From the NCBI GenBank assembly GCA_965235115.1, contig OZ249436.1, positions 28,274,001 through 28,338,000 of the forward strand: a DNA stretch of 64,000 nucleotides, in the 5' to 3' direction. The notes beneath the pieces are model-generated. The model was not told where the DNA came from and did no database searches. It saw nothing but the letters and a program-made list of their open reading frames with translations. The DNA comes from Laetmonice hystrix. Its lineage: Eukaryota. This document shows positions 25,303 to 38,400 of the stretch, one piece after another. Made by a program: the position numbers and the translations under genes. Within the stretch, counting starts at the first letter, position 1. Every line of letters begins with the position of its first letter.

Positions 25303-28210
25303 AACTAGACCTGTCGTGGTAAAAACCACGATGGATCCCATCCCTTGGGGGGCATGTCCCTATGACTTAGTAAGGTCATTATGACGTTTATAAATGTTGG
25401 TGTCAATTGAAAGAGCATGTATGATTTCCTAGTCATGTTCAGTAGTAACCATGGCTTTATCTCCCACCGTTTAGGAGTTATTAGGCCTTAGAAAATATAG
25501 ATAACGCCACTATGACGTCATACGTCATGCTACGTCATTAAACTTGGCCTCAGTTGAAAGAGCATGCATGACTTCCTATTCGTGTTCAATAGTAACTATG
25601 GTCTTATCTTGCACTGTTTTCGACTTATAGGCCATAGAAGATACCAATGACGTCATTATGACATCATACGTCACGCTACCTAATAAATGTTGGCGTCAAT
25701 TGAAAGAGCATGTATTACTTCCTATTCATGTTCAATAGTAACCATGGCTTTATCTCCAACCGTTTAGGAATTATAGGCCCTACAAAATATTGATGACGTC
25801 ATTGTACGTCATGACGTTACGTCATGTGACATCATGACTCATTGTCAAAACAGAGTTGGTGACTATCAACATGTCCACCAAGTTTGACTTAGATATCTTG
25901 AAAAACGACCGAGATATGACTCCTGACGTCATTATTACGTCATACGTCACGCTACCTAATAAATGTAGGTGTCAATTGAAAGAGCATGTATGACTTCCTA
26001 CTCATGTCCAATAGTAACCATGGGTTTATCTCCCACCGTTTAGGAGTTATAGGCCTTAGAAAATATAAATGACGTCATTATGACGTAATACATCACGCTA
26101 CGTCATCAAACTTGGCCTCAATTGAAAGATCATGTATGACTTCCTATTCGTGTTCAATAGTAACTATGGTCCTATCTTGCACTGTTTTCGACTTATAGGC
26201 CATAGAAGATACCAATAACGTCATTATGACGTCATACGTCACGCTACCTAATAAATGTTGGTGTCAATTGAAAGAGCATGTATGACTTCCTATTTATGTT
26301 CAATAGTAACCATGGCTTTATCTCCGACCGTTTAGGAGTTATAGGCCCTACAAAATATTGATGACGTCATTGTACGTCATGACGTTAGGTCATGTGACGT
26401 CATGACTCATTGTCAAATCAGAGTTGGTGACTATCAACATGTCCACCAAGTTTGACTTAGATATCTTGAAAAACGACCGAGATATGACTCCTGACGTCAT
26501 TATTACGTCATACGTCACGCTACCTAATAAATGTAGGTGTCAATTGAAAGAGCATGTATGACTTCCTACTCATGTCCAACAGTAACCATGGGTTTATCTC
26601 CCACCGTTTAGGAGTTAAAGGCCCTAGAAAATATTGATGACGTCATTATGACGTCATACGTCACGCTACGTCATCAAACTTGGCCTCAATTGAAAGAGCA
26701 TGTATGACTTCCTATTCGTGTTCAATAGTAACTATGGTCCTATCTTGCACTGTTTTCGACTTATAGGCCATAGAAGATACCAATGACGTCATTATGACGT
26801 CATACGTCACGCTACCTAATAAATGTTGGTGTCAATTGAAAGACCATGTATGACTTCCTATTCATGTTCAATAGTAACCATGGCTTTATCTCCCACCGTT
26901 TAGGAGTTACAGGCCTTAGAAAATATTGATGACGTCATTACGTCATACGTCATCCTACGTCATCAAACTTGGCCTCAATAGAAAGAGCATGCATGATTTC
27001 CTATTCGTCTTCAATAGTAACTATGGTTCTATCTTGCACTGTTCTCGAGTTATAGGCCATGGAAGACACCAATGACGTCATTATGACGTCATATGTCACG
27101 CTACCTAATAAATGATGGTGTCATTTGAAAGTGCATATGACTTCCTATTCATGTTCAATAGTAACCATGCCTTTATCTCCCACCGTTTAGGAGTTACAGC
27201 CCTTAGAAAATATTGATGACGTCATTATGACGTCATACGTCAAGCTACATCCTTAAACTTGGTGTCAGTGGAAAGAGCTTGTATGACTTCCTATTCATGT
27301 TCAATGGTAACTATGACCCTATCTTGCACCGTTTTCGAGTTATAGGCCATAGAAGATACCAATTACGTCATTATGACGTCATACGTCACGCTACCTAATG
27401 AATATTGGTGTCAATTGAAGGAGCATGTATGACTTCCTATGCATGTTCAATAGTAACCATGGCTTTATCTCCCATCGTTTAGGAGTTATAGGCCTTAGAA
27501 AACATTGATGATGTCATTATGACGTCATACGTCACACTACGTCATCAAACTTGGCGTCAAATGAAAGAGCATGCATGACTTCCTATTCGTGTTCAATAGT
27601 AACCATGGCCCTTACCGGCACCGTTTATGAGTTGTAGCCATAGATAGCCAAATTGACCACTGTTCAAAATTTTGAGGTCGCGTGACTCAGCGAATGTAGG
27701 TCAAACAATTGTAGAAAGGCGGATTCCTTTGGAACTCTAATTAGACACCATTCCTGTGCAATTTCATAAAATTTTAATGAAAATTAAGGAAGAAAAAGGG
27801 ATTTAAGCATTTTATGACCTTTGACCCTGATTTCAGACAGGTCAAAGGTCAAAGGTCAAAATATTTGCAAAAAAATTATCAGGACCTTGCCCAATTCTGA
27901 CAGTGTCATTAGTTTTTGGATAGTATCCATATTGACTTTGAAAACCGTCCTAATAGTCACAACACGAATGACGTCATGACGTCATGACGTTACGTCATGT
28001 GACGTCATGACTCATTGTCACATCAGAGTTGGTGACTGGCAACATGCCCACCAAGTTTGACTTAGATATCTTGAAAAATGACCGAGTTATGACCCCTGTT
28101 AACAATTGTTAACAACTACTACTACTACTACTACTACTACGCGAATAATAATACGGAAACCGAAACCAGACAATTTCTAGATCCCATCCCCTGGATAGGG
28201 GATGGGATAA
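25303..28210 (-). mobile_element. Helentron-associated interspersed element (HINE, DINE-1/pearl-like) with central tandem array
   Basis: Read on the minus strand: TT, then subTIR ATCCCATCCC plus adjacent inverted repeat (28181-28208), (GTA)n microsatellite (28115-28140), central about 146-bp tandem repeats, 3' subTIR GGGATGGGATC (25334-44), terminal hairpin TCGTGGT-TTTT-ACCACGA (25314-31), then CTAG-TT. This is the described Helentron/HINE layout. Confidence 0.85.
25375..27640. repeat. Higher-order satellite-like array inside the HINE (about 146-bp A/B monomers plus an about 130-bp C spacer)
   Basis: The anchor GAAAGAGCATG (with variants) recurs about 14 times at about 146-bp spacing. Two C spacers give a 567-bp A-B-A-C super-period before an (A-B)n run. 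Confidence 0.9.
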
Positions 28211-29472
28211 TGAAGAATCAGGATCAGTCATTTCCATATACCTTCATTTAAACTTGGAAAAACACTGCAACATTTGGGTAGATACAAAATAACAAGCCAT
28301 CCCCCTGCCCCCCGGAAAAAACCCCATAATGATCTCCGTTCGCCTTTTTGAGAAAACATCCCTTACCGCTTTATCCTTGGAAAAAGAAAAACAATCCGGA
28401 GTTACATCCGGCGCCGCACTTCCGTCCCCTGAACTATCATAAGTAGCCAAAATACGTCCAAGAGTCTGACATATTAATATATGCCTCCTGCTTTCCTTCA
28501 TCATAATCTATATCATGTCACCCTATTAGGCCTACACTCAATTCACAGCCATGGGTCCATTCCAAACTATATCCAATGTCATGCTATGCCACTGTTCCTT
28601 GTATTTACGATAACAGCTGGGCCCGGTGTTTTTAAGGTTAAGCCAAAAATCTGTCTGGCCCAGTTGAAGGTCGTCCGAGCTATCCTATAGATTTAGGTGA
28701 CCAATATGGATTGTAGGACACTCGAGGTATTTTCCCTTTAACCAGGTCACTATGGCCTAATTCCAAATAGTGTCACAATTTAGTATTTTACATCTGCCTT
28801 AAGCATCTGTATGTTAGTGTTGAAGAAACTAACAACCACTCTAACGGAACCTCAACACTGTCGCGCCACCTAGCAGCATGTTTTGGTACCTCAACCATTT
28901 TAATTTTACGAACCAGTCCCTTGATTGTGAACTTGCATAACTTTACACAAGCTAATCTGTGCGTCGGTTCTTTATGCCAGAATTGTCGAATTGTATAGAG
29001 AAAATCATCATAGCTGGGCATACTACTGGGCCTATATGTACATAATTACAATAGAAACTATTATTAAATTAGTTTTATTACAACGCCGCGTTTGACCGAT
29101 TCTCCCTATCATTTCAACAATTCCCACTCCGGCACAAAACAGCACGATCCCAATTACATATAATAGCACAGCTTTTGTTATTTTTACCATAATTACGAAT
29201 TCCTGTGACCATAATTACAGATCTGACCACGCCTTTCTGAACTAACTCCTTCAACCCGTCAAGTCATGAACCAAGTTTGAGCACTTGTCGGTTGCTGCAC
29301 CGTTAAGGCAGAGGTGTTTCTAAGCCCAGATGCTTGCGCCACCTAGCGTCTACAGGTCTGATTCGGCGGAATTTGAGGACTTTGCCCACGAAGGGCTCCT
29401 GTCGTGGCGTTCTTTAACCGCTTCCGGGACAGGGGTGTTGGTTGAGACGTGAGGTCAACCAATAACTGACGT

Positions 29473-32400
29473 TCAGGTCGACTTGGTCTCCGTCTCTGAA
29501 CTGTCCGGAACCGTTTCTATCTCAGCCAGAGCCTTGGCCGCGGTCTCTTCTTGCTCCTTCCAGTACTTGTAGTTGTTTTGAAGATGCATCATGAGATCAG
29601 GAATATCACAGAACGCTGCAATACAAGCCAGTATAGGCATTACGTATTAATAATATCACAGAACGCTGCAATACAAGCCAGTATAGGCAGTACGTATTAA
29701 TAATATCACAGAACGCTGCAATCCAAGCCAGTATAGGCAGTACGTATTAATAATATCACAGAACGCTGCAATACAAGCCAGTATAGGCAGTACGTATTAA
29801 TAATATCACAGAACGCTGCAATACAAGCCAGTATAGGCAGTACGTATTAAAGGGGCATATTATGAGGAAACGTGAAAAATCGGTATTTCAAAGAACTTTT
29901 GCTGTTTTCATCAAGAGATCCTTCATTAATATTGCTTGGTAAACAAAGATAGACTTATCAGTTTCATATTGTGTGAGAAATCGAAGTTTATGAAGCTCCC
30001 TTGCCCGCTTTTCTGCCGATTTCGTAAATATTTTTTGGGTGGCATTCTGATGCCGGACGATCGAGTGCAACTGCTGAATTGTTTACAACTAAGCGAAGCA
30101 CGTGACTAAGCACATGCAGAGAGTGCACACGCAGGATGTGACACCGTATGCAATTACACGGGTTGATGGGAGGTTGTCTATAGCAAATTATGGCGGGAGA
30201 TGTGCTATCGGGAGAAATCTATAGGTTTGGTCGTATAGAATCTACTTGTGCTGCATACGCAGCGAAAACACGTCGGAGGACAAAATGCTGTGGTAGAATT
30301 ATTTACTTGGATCCCTAGTACACGATCATGTTGGATAATTGCCGGAAATCTAAAAAAACGTGTTTCATAGCATGCCCCTTTAATAATATCACAGAACGCT
30401 GCAATACAAGCCTGTATAGGCATTACGTATTAATCGTCTCAGCTTATAACGCCAATATTATTGGCGACTGCAGTTGTCATCAGAAAATACAAGCTGTCAT
30501 TTAAAACTACTTTAAGGAATAAATCAACGAGTAAGAGAAAAATGTTAGAATCTACACATTATTCTAGGCCTATGTATGTAGAAGAAGTTCAGAAAAGCAA
30601 GGCTTACCATCCCAGGCATCAAACATGTTATTAATGAAGAGGTCGATAAAGCTGGTTTGTGACTTAGGTACATTGCATGACTTTCGGTCGAACACGGGCA
30701 TCACAACGGGTAAGCTCAACTGTTTCTCGTCATCCGTCTGACAATTAAAAATCGTTAAACATCGTCAAAATTATGAGCTAACGAAACGGTGTACTATTAC
30801 AACTGTTCAAAATAAGTTAAGAAACCAAAGGCAACCTTCCAACCAGTATTAAATTGGTCTAATCATTGCTGAACAGTATATAACCGTAACGTTTATGCTA
30901 CCATTATTATTAGCAGTTTCGAGAATACTAATGTTCACGGTCGACTTATATATTCAGTTGTTTGACTTATATATTCAGTTAATTGACTTATATATTCAGT
31001 TGATTGACTTATATATTCAGTTACATCTTTGCGGGTTCGGTTATGGAACCGTCTTGAAGAAAGTGCTCCTGTAACCACTTAGTCTCCTAAACCTAGATTT
31101 CACTCTCTGTTTTTTTTACTAAAGAGGACTTCAAACAAAATTAAGTTCCCGCGAATGCTATACTCTGATATTAATATTTAATTTGTTGAAGCCCCCTGTG
31201 GCCACATGGCGCCGTGGTGGCGAGCCGACAGCCCTCAGTACCTGCTGGCAGTATTCCTCAGCGATCCGTTTGGCCCACTCGACGCAGAGTTCGCGGGGGC
31301 GGGTCGGGTTGCACACGTCTGCGCACTTGATGAGCATTCGTTTGATGAGCATCCGGTTCTCGGGAGTAGTTAGGTCGGACGGCGAGGATGAGGATGGCGT
31401 CCCCCGCCCGCTCTGAGGACGGAAAATAAAAACCCACCTCGTCAAATGGGGCAAACGACAGTGATATAGCAAAAAAAGATAAAATAAAAATAGCCATATA
31501 ACTCAGGTTTCTTCACAGCGATAAGTTTATGAGGGGCTTCTTCTATACTGGCAGGGGCATACCTATCGTGTTTGTATGTGTACCCACCACCATATGTTGG
31601 GTTAGGGTTAATGGGTTAGGGTTAATGGGTTAGGGTTAACTCTAATAGCCCTTTTATACGGAAACAACGTGTCTGGCCGGACGTCTGACTGGGCCCTATA
31701 GTTGAAATCGACTATGTCACCGTGGGTGGCATTTCTCAACATCTACCGCCAACGACTAAAAGCTGGCATTAACGTATGATCTGGTGACAACTATAATGAC
31801 CCCTTACGACTGTACATGACGGCCACAGAGTCTGCCACAGGGACTCAAACTGGAGAGTCGGACTTACAATTGAGCAGACGTCATCGTCGGCCTTTGGCCC
31901 TGGCTTGTTGATGCTCGATACAAACTTGGAGACATGTTCAAAGTGCTTCGTCATCTCCGTGGCGAGGACCATGTCGACAATTTGCTGACGTATCGCTCGG
32001 CCATCCTCCCTGTGATCAGATATAGGGAACCGTACAACATCGGGAGGGGGGGGGCAAGATTTGTGTTAAGTAAAGGAAATACTCAGTAGTGGTGGAAACC
32101 TCGATATATAGGGTGTTGCCTGTCAATAGTGTAAACGGACAACAGCCGAGTACTAGATGTACGGATCTTCAGAGACCCCATAATTACAGCAGATAAACTC
32201 ATTGACCTTTCACGTTACAACGCAGCGGGCCTGCTTACCTGTCCAGGTTCTTGAATATATTAATCCTGTCGTTTTTCTGAGTGAGTTGGAAGGCTAGCGA
32301 GACGTGATGACTCTCCAGAACAGCTCTGTTAGTAATGAGAACAAATTATATAGAGAGAGACTCAATTACACGGAATATGGCCTACTTATATATGTAGGCA

Positions 32401-35400
32401 TATGAAAATTGATAATGTCACTATTTCGGCAATTTTACAAGCTGTCGGTTGAAACCAATTAAATCGTTTTATTGGTATATGGTAGATTATTAGGCCTATC
32501 TTTTAAGGCTTAGGCCTAGGACCTTACAGTGTTACAGTATAGCTGTCATACAGAATCTGCTGGCTGTCGCCTGAGAATAAGAGAAAGTTGCCTAACCCAT
32601 TTTCCATTCACCATCAACCCATCGTTCGGTTATCTGAAAACTTTCTGGGTAGCCCGAAGGTTACCTCGTGCGTTAAGCAGGAATTTTAATTTATAAACCC
32701 TAATGTTAGATCGATATCTCCATATTGGATGTAGTAATATTGTTGTGGAATTAGGGTTTCTGATTATATTTTATTTTTTGCCCCATGCAGTTTCCGAATT
32801 TGGCTAGATGTAGACTCTGCCCTACTGCCCCTCCAATGGGTCCGCCCCATTCACCCCACCCCTTCCCCAGGCCTGAGATTAAGGGGAATTTGCTCTGCCC
32901 TACTGTCCCTCCAATGGGTCCGCCCCATTCACCCCACCCCTTCTCCAGGCCTGAGATTAAGGGAAATTTGCGTAACCCATTTTTCGTTCGCCTGTTTTTA
33001 TTTTAGGTAACCGACAGAAGAACGAAACGACCAGAACAAAACGACCGTTCGCCTGTTAATCTCAGGGTGTACTGTTACAATGTAACAGTGAATGTACTCA
33101 ACCACACAGACGACACATGTATTTCCCCATGGAAAACACGCAAGACGACTCAGTTTTCCCCCCGTGGGTATCGTGGGTCACATGTGACCAGTGCAAACGC
33201 CGTGTGACGGAAACAACAGTCACGATTCGTAACGGAAGGAGGGAGAACTGACGCTCGTAAACGTATCGATCGTGAACGCACGCCACCTTGCGGATACAGC
33301 GGGAACTACGTCGTTCCACACAGCGTTCCGCTGGCCCACGGGGCAGCTATGTCCGACACGCTGAAACCTGAGAATGAACACGTACTAAAACTAGTCAAGT
33401 CACAAAGAACTCTCTGGGGCACTACCTACTCGGTCACAGGAAATATATACTTAGGTCAAAGCCTATATTTTTTTGTTTCACCACCGGTATAGCTACACTT
33501 TCAGACTTTGGTCTTCATGGCCACAGAATAAAACGGGGGGGGGGGCAGTGTGCGAACTAATTATCGGAGGGGGGTGCCCCCTTACCCCTACCCAACACCG
33601 CCACCGCAGTCAGACCTCGTTAATCCGTGTTTCTATCATCCGTATACCTCACAATCTGAACACACCTCCTGGAAAGCTGTTCTACAGTGCTCTAGCGTGT
33701 CAATAATGTCCTTCTAGCGACATTTATATCCACTTCATCCTCTCCTGCACACAGTGTCTCCATACACACGATTTGCTGTGATCTCCCGAACATTGAGCGC
33801 AGTTCTGGGGACAACTAACTCCTACAAAACATTCACACGCCTTCTCGACTTTCAAGTGCGGGGTAAGAGTTGACAAGATTTAACCCCCCCCCCCAAAAAA
33901 AAAATATAAATAAAATAAAAAATTAAGTTATTGCTTAAGCCTCTAATCGTAAGCTTATGCAGGAAGGCGTCGGCCTTATACTTACAAGTCGTTATAGAGC
34001 AGGGCCAGCTCGTTACTTTGGTTAATTAGAAACGAGTTGGTTCTGCCAGGGTGGTCCAAGTCGTGGATGACAGCAGCAATCAGTGAGGCCACCTCGTCCA
34101 TTTGGTCAAACACGTTCTGCAGAAAGATCACATATAACAGTTTTTTTATCTTGTCGTCCATGTTCTGTAGAACCCTGCTATATAGCTTACCGTTAAATGG
34201 CGCTTAAATGACATAAAAGCTGAAGGCACTGACATGTAGTTTTACGCTCTTGTAGTATGATACTAGTAGTACATGTAGTAGGCAAAAGCAGTAGGAGTAT
34301 GAATAGTAACCCCTTACCTTGAGCCTATCCCTCTGTAAGAAGTAGGCGGTGGCATGGAGGACGTCGGCAGCGTGGGTCGAGTTGTGGTAAGAGTTGGACG
34401 AGTGGTAGTTGACCTCTATGACCTGTAGCCACTCGACCATTGTCTGCTCTGAGATCTGTAGGTACTCCAGCACAGAGAACCGCTGGAAGGTCTTCAACCC
34501 CAGGTACACCAGTGGCCTGTCAGGGGACACCAGGTTAGAATGGATCAACTGGATGGGGGCAGGACTCCCCCAGCCTACATGATGGGGGCAGGACTCCCCC
34601 CACCCTACATGAGTGGGGATCATGACTCCTCCCACCCTACATGATGGGGACAGGACTCCCCCAGCCTACATGATGGGGGCAGGACTTCCCCAGCCTACAT
34701 GATGGGGACAGGACTCCCTCCAGCCTACATGATTGGGGATCATGACTCCCCCACCCTACATGATGGGGGTCATGATTTCCCCTACCCTACATGATGGGGT
34801 CATGACTCCCCCCCACCCCCCCACCCTACATGATGGGGACAGGACTCCCCCCACCCTACATGATTGGGGATCATGACTCCTCCCACCCTACGGATGGGGG
34901 CAGGACTCCCCCCACCCTACATGATTGGGGATCATGACTCGTCCCACCCTACGGATGGGGGCAGGACTCCCCCCACCCTACATGATTGGGGATCATGACT
35001 CCTCCCACCCTACGTGATGGGGGTCATGATTTCCCCCACCCCACATGATGGGGTCATGACTCCCCCACCCTACATGCTGGGGGTCACGATTTCCCCCACC
35101 CTACATGATGGGGGTTATGACCCTCACCCCACATACACCCACCCCTCACTCGATTGAACAATATCTGAACCTGGGCCTGATATTGTAGAGTTTTGCAAAA
35201 CTTAAGTTCCCCGTTCAATGTTCCTACTAATTATGGTATCAAGTTTTATGCTCAGCCCTGGCTCTGATTTACTTCGCAGAGCAGTTTCGACAAACGCACA
35301 AGTAAGCAAGAAACGGAATCCCAGTATAATACACATTGGAACAAATACAGCGGTTATGATGACAAAATCATTTCATTGTGTATCATGTGTATCAAAGTCT

Positions 35401-38400
35401 GACATTGCTCAAAGTTCGACAGCAGGACACCCTTTACGTGCTCGCGATCATGGATAACTGCCAACGTTTTCAATATATTTCCCCTTTGACGGAGATCAAA
35501 ATTTATAAATTTATAAAATTTATAAAATTGAACACTGGTGCCCAGCGCAGGGGGACGTGAAGGCTGACTGACCGTTTCTTGGTGAGGGTCTCCAGGTTGA
35601 GTACGTTGAAATCCCAGCTGGGTTCCTTCTCTAGCAGGGCCTGCAGCTCCATTGGGACCTGGGAAAGTACCGTGGAGGACACTGGGCTCTGGGCGGACAG
35701 GTGGGTCACAGCGCCGTGGCCCAGGTGTGACACTAAAAACGACAAAATGGAATTCGTAGTGTTAGGCCGGGGGGGGGGAGGGGACCCAACGGAGCGTATA
35801 AAACACTCAGAACACTATTCAGCGGTAAGTATATTACTTTAAAAGATATATTACAGTAAGAATCTTAAAAAGAGACACGATTGAGTGCCATCTGTATGTG
35901 ACAAGGGTCCCTATAAAGTTGTTTTTTTAACTAAAAACCAAAATAATCTCTCAAATAAAAGACAATCTGATTTCAGTGTTCATAGTAGATCTGCTGATAT
36001 CTCTTACCTGCTTTAATACTCCCTTCTGTACTGGAAAATCGCCTTTTGATACTCTGCTGTAAATAGCAATACATATTATATACCGGGATACCTTATCAAT
36101 CCACCAAATCTTATCTTAGTATTTCTGACATAAATGAAGTCCAAGATGAGGATTGATCACTTGCTGTGGAAGAACAACAGTGTATGAGTAAACTATGCTA
36201 AGACGGATTCAAAATAGGCCGGGGTGGGCTCTGTCCCCCGGACCTTTGGAGCCGATTTAGCGTTTCTTTTATTCTCCAATAGTTTCCCCGACTTACCCTT
36301 TTGGAACAGATTCTCTAAATTCTTCCTTTCTACCCCGATAAAAGACCCCCCCCCCCCCCACACACACACCAGCATTCCAGTTGTTTCTATTACAGCGAGT
36401 GTACCAATCACTTCACCGTCTTCACGATATGGCGTATGATATAGAAGATGGCTCCACTAATGACATATGTTGCCATGGGCAGTACGGCAAGTGGATGCTT
36501 GGCAAAGTGCTGGGCGGGGGCATGAGAAACTTCTAAGAAGTCTATAATGCAGGTACTTAGAATATCAAATCGATTAAACAACTTAGACTGATTATGTGGC
36601 TCAAATAGATACGGCATACTCTCGTTATTAAATTCGCTTTTGATCTAAAAGGCCTACAAGCGCCATTCGATCCGTTAAGAGTTAAGCAAATCACATCCCA
36701 GAAATAAGGCAGTGCTATCGAAAGTCAGGGAACGCTGAGCAGGTCTATCCAATAAAAATGATTCTTCGTACACAGAGTCACGATTTCATTCAATTACCCA
36801 TAATCATACTGCTCTAATGACCCATTTCTCAATCAATCAGTTCTCGGACATCCGAAATGTGCTCATTGAAATTCCAGGATTCACTGGCGATTTTACAAAC
36901 TGGAGAAGCAGTAATACTAAGTATAAAAACAACCAATGAACGCCGTAGGCTAAAACGAGTCTGAGGTCCCCACCCCCACTCCGATACGACCCGACCCCAA
37001 CACGACCTCGCCGGATCCGACACGACTCCAACTCAACCCCAACCCCGACCCACCGTCGTCATGAGCCCGCCGACCAGGTCGGTGGTCATTTGGTCCTCCT
37101 TGGCCTGGGAGGGCGTGAAGAAGGGTGAGTAGAGCTCAGACGACCGTAGGATCTCCAACACCTTGTCCAGGGCCTGTACTACCGTGATGGGGCTGCTCTC
37201 CTGGGCCGCGTTGATGATGTTGATTACCTGGTGCGGAATCAACTCAGTTTTCAGCACAACGCCTTCATGCAGACCTCTACACACGCTTTTATTGTTCTTT
37301 TTCTAGTGAGGTTATATGGAACTACGACTACTTCATACTCCATCTAAGTCAAGCCGTTTCATGGAACTATGACTACTTCATACTCCATCTAAGTCAAGCC
37401 GTTTTATGGAAGTACAACTACTTCATACTCCATCTAAGTCAGGCCGTTTCATGGAACTACGACCAAGGACTTCATACCCCATCTAAGTCAAGCCGTTTCA
37501 TGGAACTATGACTACTTCATACTCCATCTAAGTCAAGCCGTTTCATGGAACTATGACTACTTCATACTCCATCTAAGTCAAGCCGTTTCATGGAACTACG
37601 ACTACTTCATACTCCATCTAAGTCAAGCCGTTTCATGAAACTACAACTACTTCATACTCCATCTAAGTCAAGCCGTTTCATAGAAGTACAACTACTTCAT
37701 ACTCCATCTAAGTCAAGCCGTTTCATGAAACTACAACTACTTCATACTCCATCTAAGTCAAGCCGTTTCATGGAACTACGACCAAGGACTTCATACTCCA
37801 TCTAAGTCAAGCCGTTTCATGGAACTATGACTACTTCATACGACATCTAAGTCAAGCCGTTTCATGGAACTACGACTACTTCACCCTGCATCTAAGTCAA
37901 GCCGTTTCATGACACTACAATCTACTTCATACTCCATCTAAGTCAAGCCGTTTCATAGAACAACTACTTCATACTCCATCTAAGTCAAGCCGTTTCATGA
38001 CACTACAACTACTTCATACTCCATCTAAGTCAAGCCGTTTCATGAAACTACAACTACTTCATACTACATCTAAGTTAAGCCGTTTCACGGAACTACGACC
38101 AAGGACTTCATACTCCATCTAAGTCAAGCCGTTTCATGGAATTACAACTACGTCATACTCCATCTAAGTCAAGCCGTTTCATGGAATTACAACTACTTCA
38201 TACTCCATCTAAGTCAAGCCGTTTCATGAAATTAGAACTACTTCATACTCCATCTAAGTCAAGCCGTTTCAATCTGACAATTTGCGACCACTGAAGGTTG
38301 ACTATGGTAAGTTGGACATCAGGCAGGTGGCAGCACTAGTATTCCTCCATGAGACAATCGTAACATAATATACAGGTCCTTGACTTCTACAGATAGAACT

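Noticed and set aside
31598..31640. TTAGGG telomere-like repeats (also near 51060)
   Set aside because: Only a few interrupted units, common in repeat remnants; no evidence of an interstitial telomere.
37316..38271. 45-bp array superficially like a CRISPR array; ORF 37590-37805
   Set aside because: Head-to-tail units with no unique spacers, eukaryotic intron, no cas genes. The ORF is only a translation of the repeat.
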